Origin: an uncultured Pseudomonadales bacterium
GTDB taxonomy: Bacteria > Patescibacteriota > Microgenomatia > UBA1400 > PJMF01
NCBI GenBank assembly: GCA_964494905.1
Contig: CAZBTU010000004.1
Coordinates: 1-54,743, forward strand
Length of the DNA: 54,743 nucleotides
Reading direction: 5' to 3'
The position numbers were made by a program, and so were the translations under genes. Shown here in pieces: positions 37,565 through 46,695 of the stretch (position 1 is the stretch's first letter; every line of letters starts with the position of its first letter). Under the pieces are notes generated by a model. That model worked only from the letters and a program-made list of their open reading frames with translations. It was not told the DNA's origin and ran no database searches.

Positions 37565-38518
37565 ATGACACGAAGAGTACCTGTTTCACTTGGCATTACT
37601 GTTTTAAATGAACAAGAAACGGTGCGGGAGTTATTTGTGAGCATCGCAAAGCAGCACATTGCTCCCAGCGAAGTCGTGATAGTTGATGGTTACTCGACTG
37701 ACAACACATGGCAGTTATTACATGAGCTTGCCGCTGAGTACTCAAAGTTACCTGTCAGACTATTTCAACATAAAGGAACTGTCGGAGCTGGAAGAAATGC
37801 TGTCTTTTCTCATGCTCGATTTGCTTGGGTTGCAACTACTGATGCAGGTTGTGTCCTTGAACCAAGTTGGCTAGAGAGTTTGTGGGATGCTCAGCGGTCA
37901 AGCAAAGCGCTGATTGTTGCAGGATATGCCATTGGGGCTCCCAAGTCTAACTTTGAAGCGGCTGTAGTCCCTTATGTCTTAGTGATGCCAGACTCAGTAA
38001 CAGACAAATTTCTTCCAGCCACCAGGTCGTCATTGATACATCGATCGGTTTGGAAGCAACTTGGTGGCTTCGCAGAGCACGTTCAGGTGAGTGAAGATTT
38101 TGCTTTTTCCCGAGCCGCTCGACACGCAAAGATTCCAATGACATTTGCACCAAAAGCGATTGTACATTGGCAACCACGTTCAAGTGTGCGAGCGTTTTGG
38201 CGGATGATCTATTGCCAAGCACGCGATGACATTCGGTTGAAAAATTGGCGTCTCAAAGTTCTTTTGGTTTGGCTTAGATATATGCTTGCAGTTGTCGTTG
38301 TGACAGGTGCTGGCATGGTTGGGGGTCTAAAAACAGCAATAGTGCTTTCTATTGGCGGCTTGTTTCTCTATGCAAGTTGGGCGATATATAAACAACTTAA
38401 GTGGGTTCCAAAGTCATGGTTTTGGTTTCCCACCTTGCAGTTCGCCGCAGATACGGCCATCATGCTTGGTTCACTTGTGGGAATTGCTTGGTACCTGAAA
38501 AATCTTAAAAAAGTTTGA
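37565..38518 (+). CDS. family-2 glycosyltransferase with C-terminal TM helices
   Basis: 'LGITVLNEQETV…VVIVDGYSTDNT' GT2 N-terminus. TGATATG junction with the upstream gene. Confidence 0.75.
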   Translation: MTRRVPVSLGITVLNEQETVRELFVSIAKQHIAPSEVVIVDGYSTDNTWQLLHELAAEYSKLPVRLFQHKGTVGAGRNAVFSHARFAWVATTDAGCVLEPSWLESLWDAQRSSKALIVAGYAIGAPKSNFEAAVVPYVLVMPDSVTDKFLPATRSSLIHRSVWKQLGGFAEHVQVSEDFAFSRAARHAKIPMTFAPKAIVHWQPRSSVRAFWRMIYCQARDDIRLKNWRLKVLLVWLRYMLAVVVVTGAGMVGGLKTAIVLSIGGLFLYASWAIYKQLKWVPKSWFWFPTLQFAADTAIMLGSLVGIAWYLKNLKKV

Positions 38519-38533
38519 GGCAGCGTTTCGACT

Positions 38534-38827
38534 CTAACTATCGCTCAGGGATACTTTCATCCAATCAGTAACATCACTCGCTACATTGAGTGCTGACCAG
38601 TCAGTGTTATCAACTTCAGTCACGAGCACAGCGTCGGCAGGTCCGACAAGGGTTTTGAGTTCACCTATAACGTGGGGGGAGTCTTTCTCAGACTGTACAA
38701 GCCATGCTGTATTAAGTGGTCGTGCCCAAGAAGCGAAACCCTGCAAATACTCGTACAGTTTCTCATATGATTTCTCTTCGTTTTGCAAATCGAGGATGAT
38801 TAAAAGTGATTTCAGAGGAGTTTTCAT
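38534..38827 (-). CDS. small hypothetical protein (97 aa)
   Basis: ORF only. 4-nt overlap with the upstream minus-strand gene. Confidence 0.5.
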   Translation of the reverse strand: MKTPLKSLLIILDLQNEEKSYEKLYEYLQGFASWARPLNTAWLVQSEKDSPHVIGELKTLVGPADAVLVTEVDNTDWSALNVASDVTDWMKVSLSDS

Positions 38828-39138
38828 GTGTCGGTTGTGCTTTTGAAGTAGTAACCAATGATAAATCCAAGCGGCCCAGAAAGTATACCAGACACAGTGA
38901 TCAACATGTCCTTGTAGCCTTCAATAGAGAAGTTTCGGTAAACCGCAACACCAATGACCATAAAAATTACAGAGAAGAAACCTAGCACATACTGTGAGGC
39001 TATAACACTGCGGGTACTTTCTTTTTGTTCTTCTCGTTTATCAGAGGAAGTGATAGTGGCTGTGGCGCCAATTGGGGGGAGGTTTTGGGCTGGTTGATTT
39101 CGGTGTGATTTTCTGGGCATAGATAAATAACCTATCAA
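38824..39138 (-). CDS. small membrane protein (104 aa)
   Basis: Two hydrophobic helices in the C-terminal half. Confidence 0.5.
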   Translation of the reverse strand: MIGYLSMPRKSHRNQPAQNLPPIGATATITSSDKREEQKESTRSVIASQYVLGFFSVIFMVIGVAVYRNFSIEGYKDMLITVSGILSGPLGFIIGYYFKSTTDT

Positions 39139-39195
39139 AGTATATCATAAAGCAATGTTTTTTCTGAGTCAGATCAGGAACTGAACGGTGGTTGC

Positions 39196-39224
39196 TTGAC
39201 AAATTTCGGACGATAGCATATAGT
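39196..39224 (+). promoter_or_regulatory. sigma70-type promoter of the trpR/yerC-like gene
   Basis: TTGACA (39196-39201), 17-nt spacer, TATAGT (39219-39224). Confidence 0.65.
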
Positions 39225-39246
39225 ACACGTACTATCGTACTAGTAC
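39221..39246 (+). promoter_or_regulatory. TrpR-type operator array
   Basis: TAGTAC-ac-GTACTA-tc-GTACTAGTAC overlaps the -10 box and the predicted transcription start. It resembles the E. coli trp operator GTACTAGTTAACTAGTAC. Confidence 0.5.
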
Positions 39247-39270
39247 GCTAAGCACTAGAGAGAGCGAGCT

Positions 39271-39513
39271 ATGACGTTGATTCAATTAGCTAAAGTATTG
39301 GTTAGTCTGGAATCTGAGAATGATGTAACTAACTTCTTGCGCGGCTTATTTACACCGCAAGAAATAGTCATGATCAAACAGCGTTTAGATATTGTTAAAC
39401 TCTTAAAACAAGGGGTACCCCAGCGAACCATTGCTCGCAAGCTGGGTGTCGGAATTGCAACAGTTACCCGTGGTGCTAGAGAAATTAAGCTTGGCAGGTT
39501 TAAACATGTATAA
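39271..39513 (+). CDS. TrpR/YerC/YecD-family DNA-binding protein
   Basis: 'LFTPQEIVMIKQRLDIVKLLKQGVPQRTIARKLGVGIATVTRG' is the family signature. 80 aa. Confidence 0.8.
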   Translation: MTLIQLAKVLVSLESENDVTNFLRGLFTPQEIVMIKQRLDIVKLLKQGVPQRTIARKLGVGIATVTRGAREIKLGRFKHV

Positions 39514-39598
39514 AAAACACATTTACACAAGCTCATGGTGGCGCTCCCAGTCGGAACTAGGGAGTTAGTTATTGTTGTAGCAAATTGCACAAGCAAGG

Positions 39599-39620
39599 AA
39601 CTCCCGAAAGGGAGTTTTTT
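39599..39620 (+). terminator. rho-independent terminator (GAAA tetraloop)
   Basis: AACTCCC-GAAA-GGGAGTT followed by TTTTT. Confidence 0.7.
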
Positions 39621-39657
39621 AGTATGTCAACAAATTTAAATCAATCAGAAAGTAACT

Positions 39658-40707
39658 ATGCCAACCAAATCAGAAAACCTAGTATCAAGAATTGAAAGAT
39701 ACTCGCCGCAGTTAGCACTTGAAGCTCGTATCGCTCTGGCAGAATCTCAGCCAACAAGAGAGGACTTTAATGAAAGTTTTTCTATAAACAGTGGTGCCAG
39801 TAATAAATCGAAAAAAATCGAATACTCATTTGCAGTAACAAGCTTTCTGCATGAGCTACTTAGGTTTTTAGAACTTTCGAGCAGTGTTACTCCACTAATA
39901 CCAGAGCAACTTGGAACCTCAATAGAAATAGTTTTGTCGCTCATCGGCCGATTAGTGTATGAAGCTCCAGATGGTTTTGGTGTTTGTGAACGCAATCCCA
40001 AAGAAGAACTTGCTCAGTTTGCACGATTGCTGCTCCATGCCCAACTCACAGCAACCCATGTTCCAGTGGTCGTCCCCGTCTGTCCAGACATGGATCAATA
40101 TGTGCTTCGTGACGGTCTCGGGACCGTAATTCCTAAAGCACTCGGAGCTATTGCGACACTAAAACAGTTTTTTGCTCAAAGTGGTATTGCACCAGCCATT
40201 ACTATCCACTTGGCCGATGTTGAGGGTTTTGACCCAGTCATTCTCCATAATTCAAGAGAGACTACAGCTTCTCACCGAGCAAAGACACAAATAACTTTGC
40301 AGAAAACTCGGCAAGCTATCAATGCTCTCGGTTTACATGAGGTGTCAGCGTTGATGATGAGCGATGTATTCAAACAAAAAGATCTTGACTACCTTCAACT
40401 ACAAGATCGAACAGTTCGGCAACTCAACAACGCTCCTAACGTGCGTACCAGAAAAGTAATAGAAGGTTTGCTTACTGAGCGAAAGCGGCTAGGGAACTTT
40501 GATCACATCAGAGAAGAAGATCACTACGGTATTGTTACAGCCGAACTGGCAGGGTATGCCGCATATGGGGAAGTGATCGCAGGTTCTGCCATTATTCTTT
40601 CACCGGATGCTCTGTCAGCAACACCTGCATACCAGTTTTCACTTCAAGACAAGAATAAGTATAGCCCTGTCATAACCGTCCGCTCAAGACCAGCATCCAA
40701 ACAGTAA
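39658..40707 (+). CDS. hypothetical protein (349 aa)
   Basis: ORF only, no motif recognised. Confidence 0.6.
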   Translation: MPTKSENLVSRIERYSPQLALEARIALAESQPTREDFNESFSINSGASNKSKKIEYSFAVTSFLHELLRFLELSSSVTPLIPEQLGTSIEIVLSLIGRLVYEAPDGFGVCERNPKEELAQFARLLLHAQLTATHVPVVVPVCPDMDQYVLRDGLGTVIPKALGAIATLKQFFAQSGIAPAITIHLADVEGFDPVILHNSRETTASHRAKTQITLQKTRQAINALGLHEVSALMMSDVFKQKDLDYLQLQDRTVRQLNNAPNVRTRKVIEGLLTERKRLGNFDHIREEDHYGIVTAELAGYAAYGEVIAGSAIILSPDALSATPAYQFSLQDKNKYSPVITVRSRPASKQ

Positions 40708-40727
40708 ATAATTAAGAAAGGAACTAC

Positions 40728-41504
40728 ATGCACACAGTCAGTAGTATTATCAGGAAGCTCGAGAGCTTCGCACTTCCCGGCTTGGCTCAATTTGACTATG
40801 TGGGATTGTTACAAGGCGACCCGTTTCAAAAAGTCAAAAAAGTTGGTCTAACTCTTGATTACAGTCTACGTGCTATCGATGCCACTATCGATGCAGGTTG
40901 CCAGCTTTTGATAACGCACCATGGGCCGACATCAATTCACTACCCATTAATCGGCAATCAGTTGGAGAAAATTGTCCGCGCAAAGAACGGACAACTGAGT
41001 ATCTATCGTTCTCACTTATGTTTAGATTTCTGTCATGATGGCATCATCGCTGAGCTATGTCGGCTGATGCAGATTCCGGCTCAGCCCGTAACAACCCAGT
41101 ACGAAGGGCAAACTATAACTGGTGGAGTCTACTTGGCTGAGAACTATCCGATGACGTTTGCACAGTTATCGGAGAGAATCAAAAGTCTTCGAACGAACTA
41201 TTTTCGTGTCGCTGGTCTAAAAAAGCTTCGATTTAAGCGCATTGCTGTAACTTCGGGGAAAGGATTTATCAGCGAGTTTTTTGATCAGCTAATGCCAGAA
41301 GTGTATATTGCTGGTGAGTTTGAGCAGGAAGCGGTTGAGTATGCCCGTGACTTGGGCATTATGTTAGTAGAGTTATCTCACCATGCAAGTGAAGTGAGAT
41401 CTTTAGAAAATGTTGCAGCAACTCTTACAGATAAGTTGGGAATTGCTGTACAATTAATTGAGTTACCAGAATCCATCGAGATTGTAAAACTTGACAACCA
41501 CTGA
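40728..41504 (+). CDS. NIF3-family dinuclear metal centre protein (YbgI-like)
   Basis: 'VGLTLDYSLRAIDATIDAGCQLLITHHG' and the C-terminal 'ELSHHASE' fit NIF3. Confidence 0.75.
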   Translation: MHTVSSIIRKLESFALPGLAQFDYVGLLQGDPFQKVKKVGLTLDYSLRAIDATIDAGCQLLITHHGPTSIHYPLIGNQLEKIVRAKNGQLSIYRSHLCLDFCHDGIIAELCRLMQIPAQPVTTQYEGQTITGGVYLAENYPMTFAQLSERIKSLRTNYFRVAGLKKLRFKRIAVTSGKGFISEFFDQLMPEVYIAGEFEQEAVEYARDLGIMLVELSHHASEVRSLENVAATLTDKLGIAVQLIELPESIEIVKLDNH

Positions 41505-41530
41505 TAGCAAGTTGGTGTTACCATGAGTAT

Positions 41531-42145
41531 ATGCCTCAGAACACTCAGTCTACCGCAGCAAATAGTTCTAAGTTTCGGCGATATATCTTTAGGTCTCTGG
41601 AAGCAAAGTCGCTACGGGCGCGTCCACTGGCTACTCGATTTGCAGATGAGCTGACTGATCTTTGCAGCTCTCCTGCGTTTCTGTTTATAAACGCTTTGAT
41701 TTTTATGACTTGGATCGCGGTTAATATCGGCATACTGCCAGGAATTGAGCCGTTTGATCCGTACCCATTTGGTTTCCTGACAATGGCTGTGTCATTGGAA
41801 GCAATTTTTCTCTCGATTTTTGTTTTGGTTTCGCAGAACAGAGCGGCCCAAATTGCTACATTGAGAGACGAGCTTAACTTGCGCGTAAACTTGATCGCAG
41901 AGCAGGAAATCACCAAGCTATTAAAGATGCAAGTTGAGCTACTAAAAAAGCTGCGCTTGCTCGACAAAGAGACAAAGGACGATGATGAACTGGAGTTCAT
42001 GCTCAAGGATATAAGCGCAAGCTCACTCGAACAATCAATTATTGACCAACTTCAGAGAGCTGATCAGCCACTCTTCCATGCCATCAGCAAACGAGAGTTT
42101 CCGGAGATTATCCAAGCTCTGACTGGCACTAAAAAAAAGAAGTAA
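41531..42145 (+). CDS. DUF1003 membrane protein
   Basis: 'PFDPYPFGFLTMAVSLEAIFLSIFVLVSQNR' is the DUF1003 core. Confidence 0.7.
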   Translation: MPQNTQSTAANSSKFRRYIFRSLEAKSLRARPLATRFADELTDLCSSPAFLFINALIFMTWIAVNIGILPGIEPFDPYPFGFLTMAVSLEAIFLSIFVLVSQNRAAQIATLRDELNLRVNLIAEQEITKLLKMQVELLKKLRLLDKETKDDDELEFMLKDISASSLEQSIIDQLQRADQPLFHAISKREFPEIIQALTGTKKKK

Positions 42146-42328
42146 CACTAGATCTACCTGACGGCAGCCAAAATATTTCTCCTGCTATAATTCTAAGCGC
42201 AAGTAGGCAAAAATTTGCGAACGAAGCAGACTTTTTGCGAGCTGCATTTTAACAATTGAAGAGTGTCGATGGGTTGTATCCGACAACGGTTTTTATCGAT
42301 TTCAGTTTTCACTAAGGAGGTGCTTCTT

Positions 42329-43273
42329 ATGGCACGAGACGATATGAAAGGAACAGATGACCAAGTTATAGTACCGCTCACAGCACAAGCTCTTGGTGGA
42401 CTGGAAGACAAACTAGTTTATGAATCTGACTGTTCTGGGAAAGCTGGTAGGTACCAGATGTACAGTGTTGCAGACCATGTCTTAAAGGGAACTAGTGTCT
42501 ACCAATTGGTGGTAGCTCGTCACCCAGCCGGGCAGCTTGGTTTGGCGATGATTGCAACACAAAAACCGCAGAATGCGCGTGTGTACAAGCAAGCACGAAT
42601 CTTGCAAACACTTGAGTCAGTTGCTACTGATGTAGATCAGCAACTGAAGTTTAGCCGTGTACGAACTGCCGACTATGCCTCCTTTTTCCCTTCAGTGTTG
42701 GAGACACTGGTGGCAGAGGATGGACGAATGGGAGTTTTCTTCGGTTACCATCCATCTATCAGCAGCTACGGGCAGCTCACTCCTTTGACAATTGCGACTA
42801 AGGATGTCCGATTTGATCTGAGGACTGGAGCCTGGGTGCTCGGGAAAACGATGAAGCTGCTTCAGTTTATCCACAATTGTGGTTTCACTGTAGGATTGAT
42901 GGGGGGCAGTAATATTTTGATAGAGACGGCTCTTCACGGCGTTTTTGTTCTGGACTTCACCACTGCGGAGGAACAGCCAAGTAGTAGAGACCAACGTGAT
43001 GAAGTTGCCGAGGCGGCGCGTGCAGTTTGGGTTGCATGCGGTGGGAGTAGTACAACGCTTCCCCCATATGATGCTAATATAATGAGATATCAGGACCATC
43101 AGAAGTTTCTTGAATTGCTGGTCCGCATTATGCTCGGGCAGCTTAATGCGAACCAAGTGTATGAGGCAGCCTATGGGCTGTTCAAAAACATTTGGCCTCT
43201 CAAAAAAAAGCCTGATGCATACGCCGCTGTCACTGGACACAACTGGCATGAGTATGTGACATACCCTCGGTGA
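42329..43273 (+). CDS. hypothetical protein with degenerate protein-kinase-like core
   Basis: Strong AAGGAGG SD at 42314-42320. 'FIHNCGFTVGLMGGSNILI…VFVLDFT' is collinear with kinase 'YLHxxGIIHRDLKPSNILL…DFG', but the HRD Asp is missing. Confidence 0.6.
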   Translation: MARDDMKGTDDQVIVPLTAQALGGLEDKLVYESDCSGKAGRYQMYSVADHVLKGTSVYQLVVARHPAGQLGLAMIATQKPQNARVYKQARILQTLESVATDVDQQLKFSRVRTADYASFFPSVLETLVAEDGRMGVFFGYHPSISSYGQLTPLTIATKDVRFDLRTGAWVLGKTMKLLQFIHNCGFTVGLMGGSNILIETALHGVFVLDFTTAEEQPSSRDQRDEVAEAARAVWVACGGSSTTLPPYDANIMRYQDHQKFLELLVRIMLGQLNANQVYEAAYGLFKNIWPLKKKPDAYAAVTGHNWHEYVTYPR

Positions 43274-43478
43274 TTTCAGCATTGGCACTGGCTCAACCCA
43301 TTGATTGGAATTAGTTCTGATTAATGGCACATTGTGACACTCTTCTAAAGTTCCCCCAGGCTTATGCCAGTTTCTGACATATGCCTGGGGCCTTTCTTTC
43401 GGTAGCTGATCAGATTGACGTGATTTTTCAGCTCTTGTGACACTGCCACAAGGAAAAATTAATGTTAGTGCTACTTAG

Positions 43479-44981
43479 TCATTCAAAGAGAGCGCGGTGA
43501 GAAAAAATCTCACCGAGTGGCACAACTGCTGCATCAGCACCTACTTGGTACCAATGTAAAGGTTTGCCCCACAGAGTTTGAGATTCTTCTCCAGGAAGTT
43601 CGAGTTTATAGGCTGACAGAGCTACTTGATCGCTGAGTATTTTTTCGTTGTACTGCTCATTGAGCACTTGAATATTTGGGCAAAGCCACTCGAAAGAGTT
43701 AACAACCCAGTTGCGCGAAAGAGTATGACGGATGACGGTGTCTGGACATTGTGCCTGAATCACAGGAGAAAAACCAACAAATCGATCAGTCAAAGGATTA
43801 TTCACTGTTCGTGCGAGGCTCAGTGTGTGCAGACTCGATATGCTGAGTGTTACAGCTGCCAATAATATCGTAACAGGTGTAATGTAGTGTGCTGCCGAAG
43901 CAGCCAACCGTGTTTTTGATGCTACTAGACTGCCAATCAGGAAAATCATGATGCCAATGACTGGAAACACAGGTGAAAGGTATCGACCGGGAATATATGG
44001 CACCGCATTATATCGCATGGCTGAGTAAAGGGAGAAAGCGCTGAATCCCATTACAGCAAGCGCAACGAGCCACAAGAGAGACATCATCGATTTTTTCCAG
44101 GAAGTATTAAAGCCAATCAACCCTAGTGTCAACCAACCGAGAACAGTCAAGCTTGCATCATAGGGGGAGATTGAAAGTAAGGATGTCATTAGCGATGCGA
44201 GGTTTGTGCCGACCGTTGATGGATCACGTACTGGGAGCCAATAACCAGTCTGGGTTTTATAAATCAACACGTACCAGCTGACCGGAATCAGACTGAGAAT
44301 AGCAGATTGTACTAGTGCTGTGAGCAAAAGCCCGCGAGATTTGCCATTCTGCTTGCTGTCTTTAGGCGAAAAAAGTTGTTGGATGATTATCCCGCTCCAG
44401 AGAATAACTGCTAACAGAGCTCCTTGGTAACGGCTGAGGCTCAACATGATGGCAAAAAACGTGCTGAGTATCAGCCAGCCCACTTTTTTGCTTTCAAAAA
44501 ACCGCCATTGAAGTAAGATTGTTGTCAGCAACGTGCTCATTAGCAGCGGTTCGCTTAGTGCAGATTTCCAAAGCCAGTGTTGAACTCCAGCAAGCATGAC
44601 CATGCTGGCCGAAGTCAATGACATGCTACGACTCATGCCGAGATAGCTAAAGAGTGCCGCCAGAGTAAACCAACTGACCACAATACAAACAACAAGATAA
44701 AGCTGAAGACTGACAACAGGTGTAACAAACCACCGGAGTGCGGTGAGAACTAACGCCATGCCTGGTGTCCAGAGTCGATCATGCCAAAAGAAAGTTCCCA
44801 CCAAACTATTATGTCCGCTGTATTCGAGATAATTATTTGTGTCACCTAAAAAAAAGAAACCTTTTGAGATGGTATAGAGATAGCAGATTATTGCAAACAG
44901 GCTGAGGAGGAAAAGCAAGTGAGATCGGCTATTCCATGCTTGATCGATAAATGAACGAAGGGGGTGAAACCTATTCACCAT
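43479..44981 (-). CDS. large polytopic membrane protein (GT-C-like)
   Basis: About 11 TM segments plus a C-terminal soluble domain. 11-nt overlap with the upstream GT39-like gene. Confidence 0.55.
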   Translation of the reverse strand: MVNRFHPLRSFIDQAWNSRSHLLFLLSLFAIICYLYTISKGFFFLGDTNNYLEYSGHNSLVGTFFWHDRLWTPGMALVLTALRWFVTPVVSLQLYLVVCIVVSWFTLAALFSYLGMSRSMSLTSASMVMLAGVQHWLWKSALSEPLLMSTLLTTILLQWRFFESKKVGWLILSTFFAIMLSLSRYQGALLAVILWSGIIIQQLFSPKDSKQNGKSRGLLLTALVQSAILSLIPVSWYVLIYKTQTGYWLPVRDPSTVGTNLASLMTSLLSISPYDASLTVLGWLTLGLIGFNTSWKKSMMSLLWLVALAVMGFSAFSLYSAMRYNAVPYIPGRYLSPVFPVIGIMIFLIGSLVASKTRLAASAAHYITPVTILLAAVTLSISSLHTLSLARTVNNPLTDRFVGFSPVIQAQCPDTVIRHTLSRNWVVNSFEWLCPNIQVLNEQYNEKILSDQVALSAYKLELPGEESQTLWGKPLHWYQVGADAAVVPLGEIFSHRALFE

Positions 44982-46557
44982 ACACGTTTTCTAAGATGAA
45001 GTCAGATCCGAAACTCCCAGAGTCAGGCGTAAGTGGGTATCCAACACGGTCAACAGGAGTGTTCATTTTTCCTACATAAACCACATAGTCAGGGAAAATG
45101 TAACCGATATCAGGCTGATAATTACCTTCAGACTTAAGTAGTACTGAGTATGTGTACGCTCTGCTTTGTTTGCACATCAAATTTCTGTCCCAGCGACAGT
45201 CATCCTCAGGATGACATACTTCTAATAACAGCTGCGACCCAGTTCTGATCGTATAGCGAGGATTGTTGCCGAGTATGTAGGCAAATACATTCGCGATATC
45301 ATCGTCGTGAAATAAAACGCCAAACGACTCATCTGCCGGAATAATTTCTTGGAGGAGTACGTCTGTTTGCCTGACTGTTTCTAACTGATGTGTTGAGACG
45401 TTCATTTGATAGTATCGGCCGCTTAAAAACGCGAGTGCCAGTACACCTGCTAAAGCTAAAGGCAGCGCTCTCTGCCACCACTGGGCAATAAAGAAAGCTG
45501 GAAGTACAAATAAGGTACTTAGATAGTACTCAAGCTTATCGCCTTTGTAGACTCGGAGCATGATGAGAATTGAGACAAAGTAGAGGAGTACCCATCGCCA
45601 TTTTTTTGAAGTCAGTGCCGAGAAAGCAATCAAACCAAAACCGGTAAAGAACAGAAACCGACCAACCAATAAATTGCCGAATGTATATGCAGCTTGGTTC
45701 AGTAACACCCGCTCGGTAAACCAAGGGAGAAAGGTTGTGCCAAACGCTACTTTTGACACTCTGTCGTAATAGCGGCTGTGTTCTTGTGTGAAATATTCAA
45801 TAATTGCCCTGGTGTTGTGCCAGTTTGACTGATGTTCCACCCAAAAATATGGCAAGAAGAGTACAACACTCAATATTGCTCCTGTCATCCACCACTTTAG
45901 CTGTTTAGGGTGATTTTTGATGTGGATGGCTCCAAACAGTGCTACAAATGGAACCAAGACAATGGCTTGATAATGGAGATGAATACTTATTGTGGTTGCG
46001 AGACACCCGACGACAATTGGCCACCGCTCTTTTCTCAGCAACACACGAAACCAAGCGTATGCCGCTAGTGTAGAAAAAAAAGGAATCATGTTGGGATTCC
46101 AAGCAGAGGTGGCAAACGTAGTTGGAAGCATAAAGAAAAAGTAAGCAATCGCACCTCCTAGTGCCGCACGGCGATCCATGAGCAGCTTTAGCCACAAAAA
46201 CAACATGACGGGTGTTGCCGCTTCAACAAATGTGATAACCCATTGCATGATCAGCGGATTCTGGCCAGAAAGCAGAGAAAAAACGTAGTGTAATTGGTAA
46301 TAGAATGGCGGAAGGTAGAAATCACCCACACTAGCTTTGGGGCCATATCCGATCAGTATTTTTCCTTGCATTGCCCAGTCTTTCATGTGAAATGCATCGC
46401 GGGCTTGGTCTTGAGAAAAGGAGATGTGGGTGGTGGAATATAACAGACGCGCGCTGAGAAACAGAATGTATAAACCCAGACAAACAAGAAGTGTTTGTTT
46501 GGTAGGACTCAGTCGGTGAAAGTGGTATTTAATGCGTTGAAGTTTAGTCATACCCAT
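44971..46557 (-). CDS. GT39/ArnT-PMT-like membrane glycosyltransferase
   Basis: The N-terminal 'DQARDAFHMKDW…GDFYLPPFYYQL' loop pattern and about 11 TM segments resemble the ArnT/PMT_2 family. Confidence 0.65.
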   Translation of the reverse strand: MGMTKLQRIKYHFHRLSPTKQTLLVCLGLYILFLSARLLYSTTHISFSQDQARDAFHMKDWAMQGKILIGYGPKASVGDFYLPPFYYQLHYVFSLLSGQNPLIMQWVITFVEAATPVMLFLWLKLLMDRRAALGGAIAYFFFMLPTTFATSAWNPNMIPFFSTLAAYAWFRVLLRKERWPIVVGCLATTISIHLHYQAIVLVPFVALFGAIHIKNHPKQLKWWMTGAILSVVLFLPYFWVEHQSNWHNTRAIIEYFTQEHSRYYDRVSKVAFGTTFLPWFTERVLLNQAAYTFGNLLVGRFLFFTGFGLIAFSALTSKKWRWVLLYFVSILIMLRVYKGDKLEYYLSTLFVLPAFFIAQWWQRALPLALAGVLALAFLSGRYYQMNVSTHQLETVRQTDVLLQEIIPADESFGVLFHDDDIANVFAYILGNNPRYTIRTGSQLLLEVCHPEDDCRWDRNLMCKQSRAYTYSVLLKSEGNYQPDIGYIFPDYVVYVGKMNTPVDRVGYPLTPDSGSFGSDFILENVYGE

Positions 46558-46695
46558 AAGAGTACTGTACTGCGAAATATTGAGTACGTCTAGACTAGTG
46601 GAATTGGGGTGCTAGATTTTACAAAATGAAATAGCTGGATTTATGATTGCGAATTTTTCAACTATTCCCAGGGACTGTCTAAATCGCTTAAGCCA

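Noticed and set aside
38534-38827. A possible Cas2-like or ferredoxin-like beta-alpha-beta-beta-alpha-beta pattern in the 97-aa protein.
   Set aside because: This rests only on a vague secondary-structure impression. There is no CRISPR array or cas gene anywhere in the window, so it cannot be supported from sequence alone.
42692-43330. A 212-aa minus-strand ORF.
   Set aside because: It lies fully antisense to the SD-led 42329-43273 CDS, has odd composition (Cys/His/Ser-rich, low complexity) and no start context. It is likely a shadow ORF.
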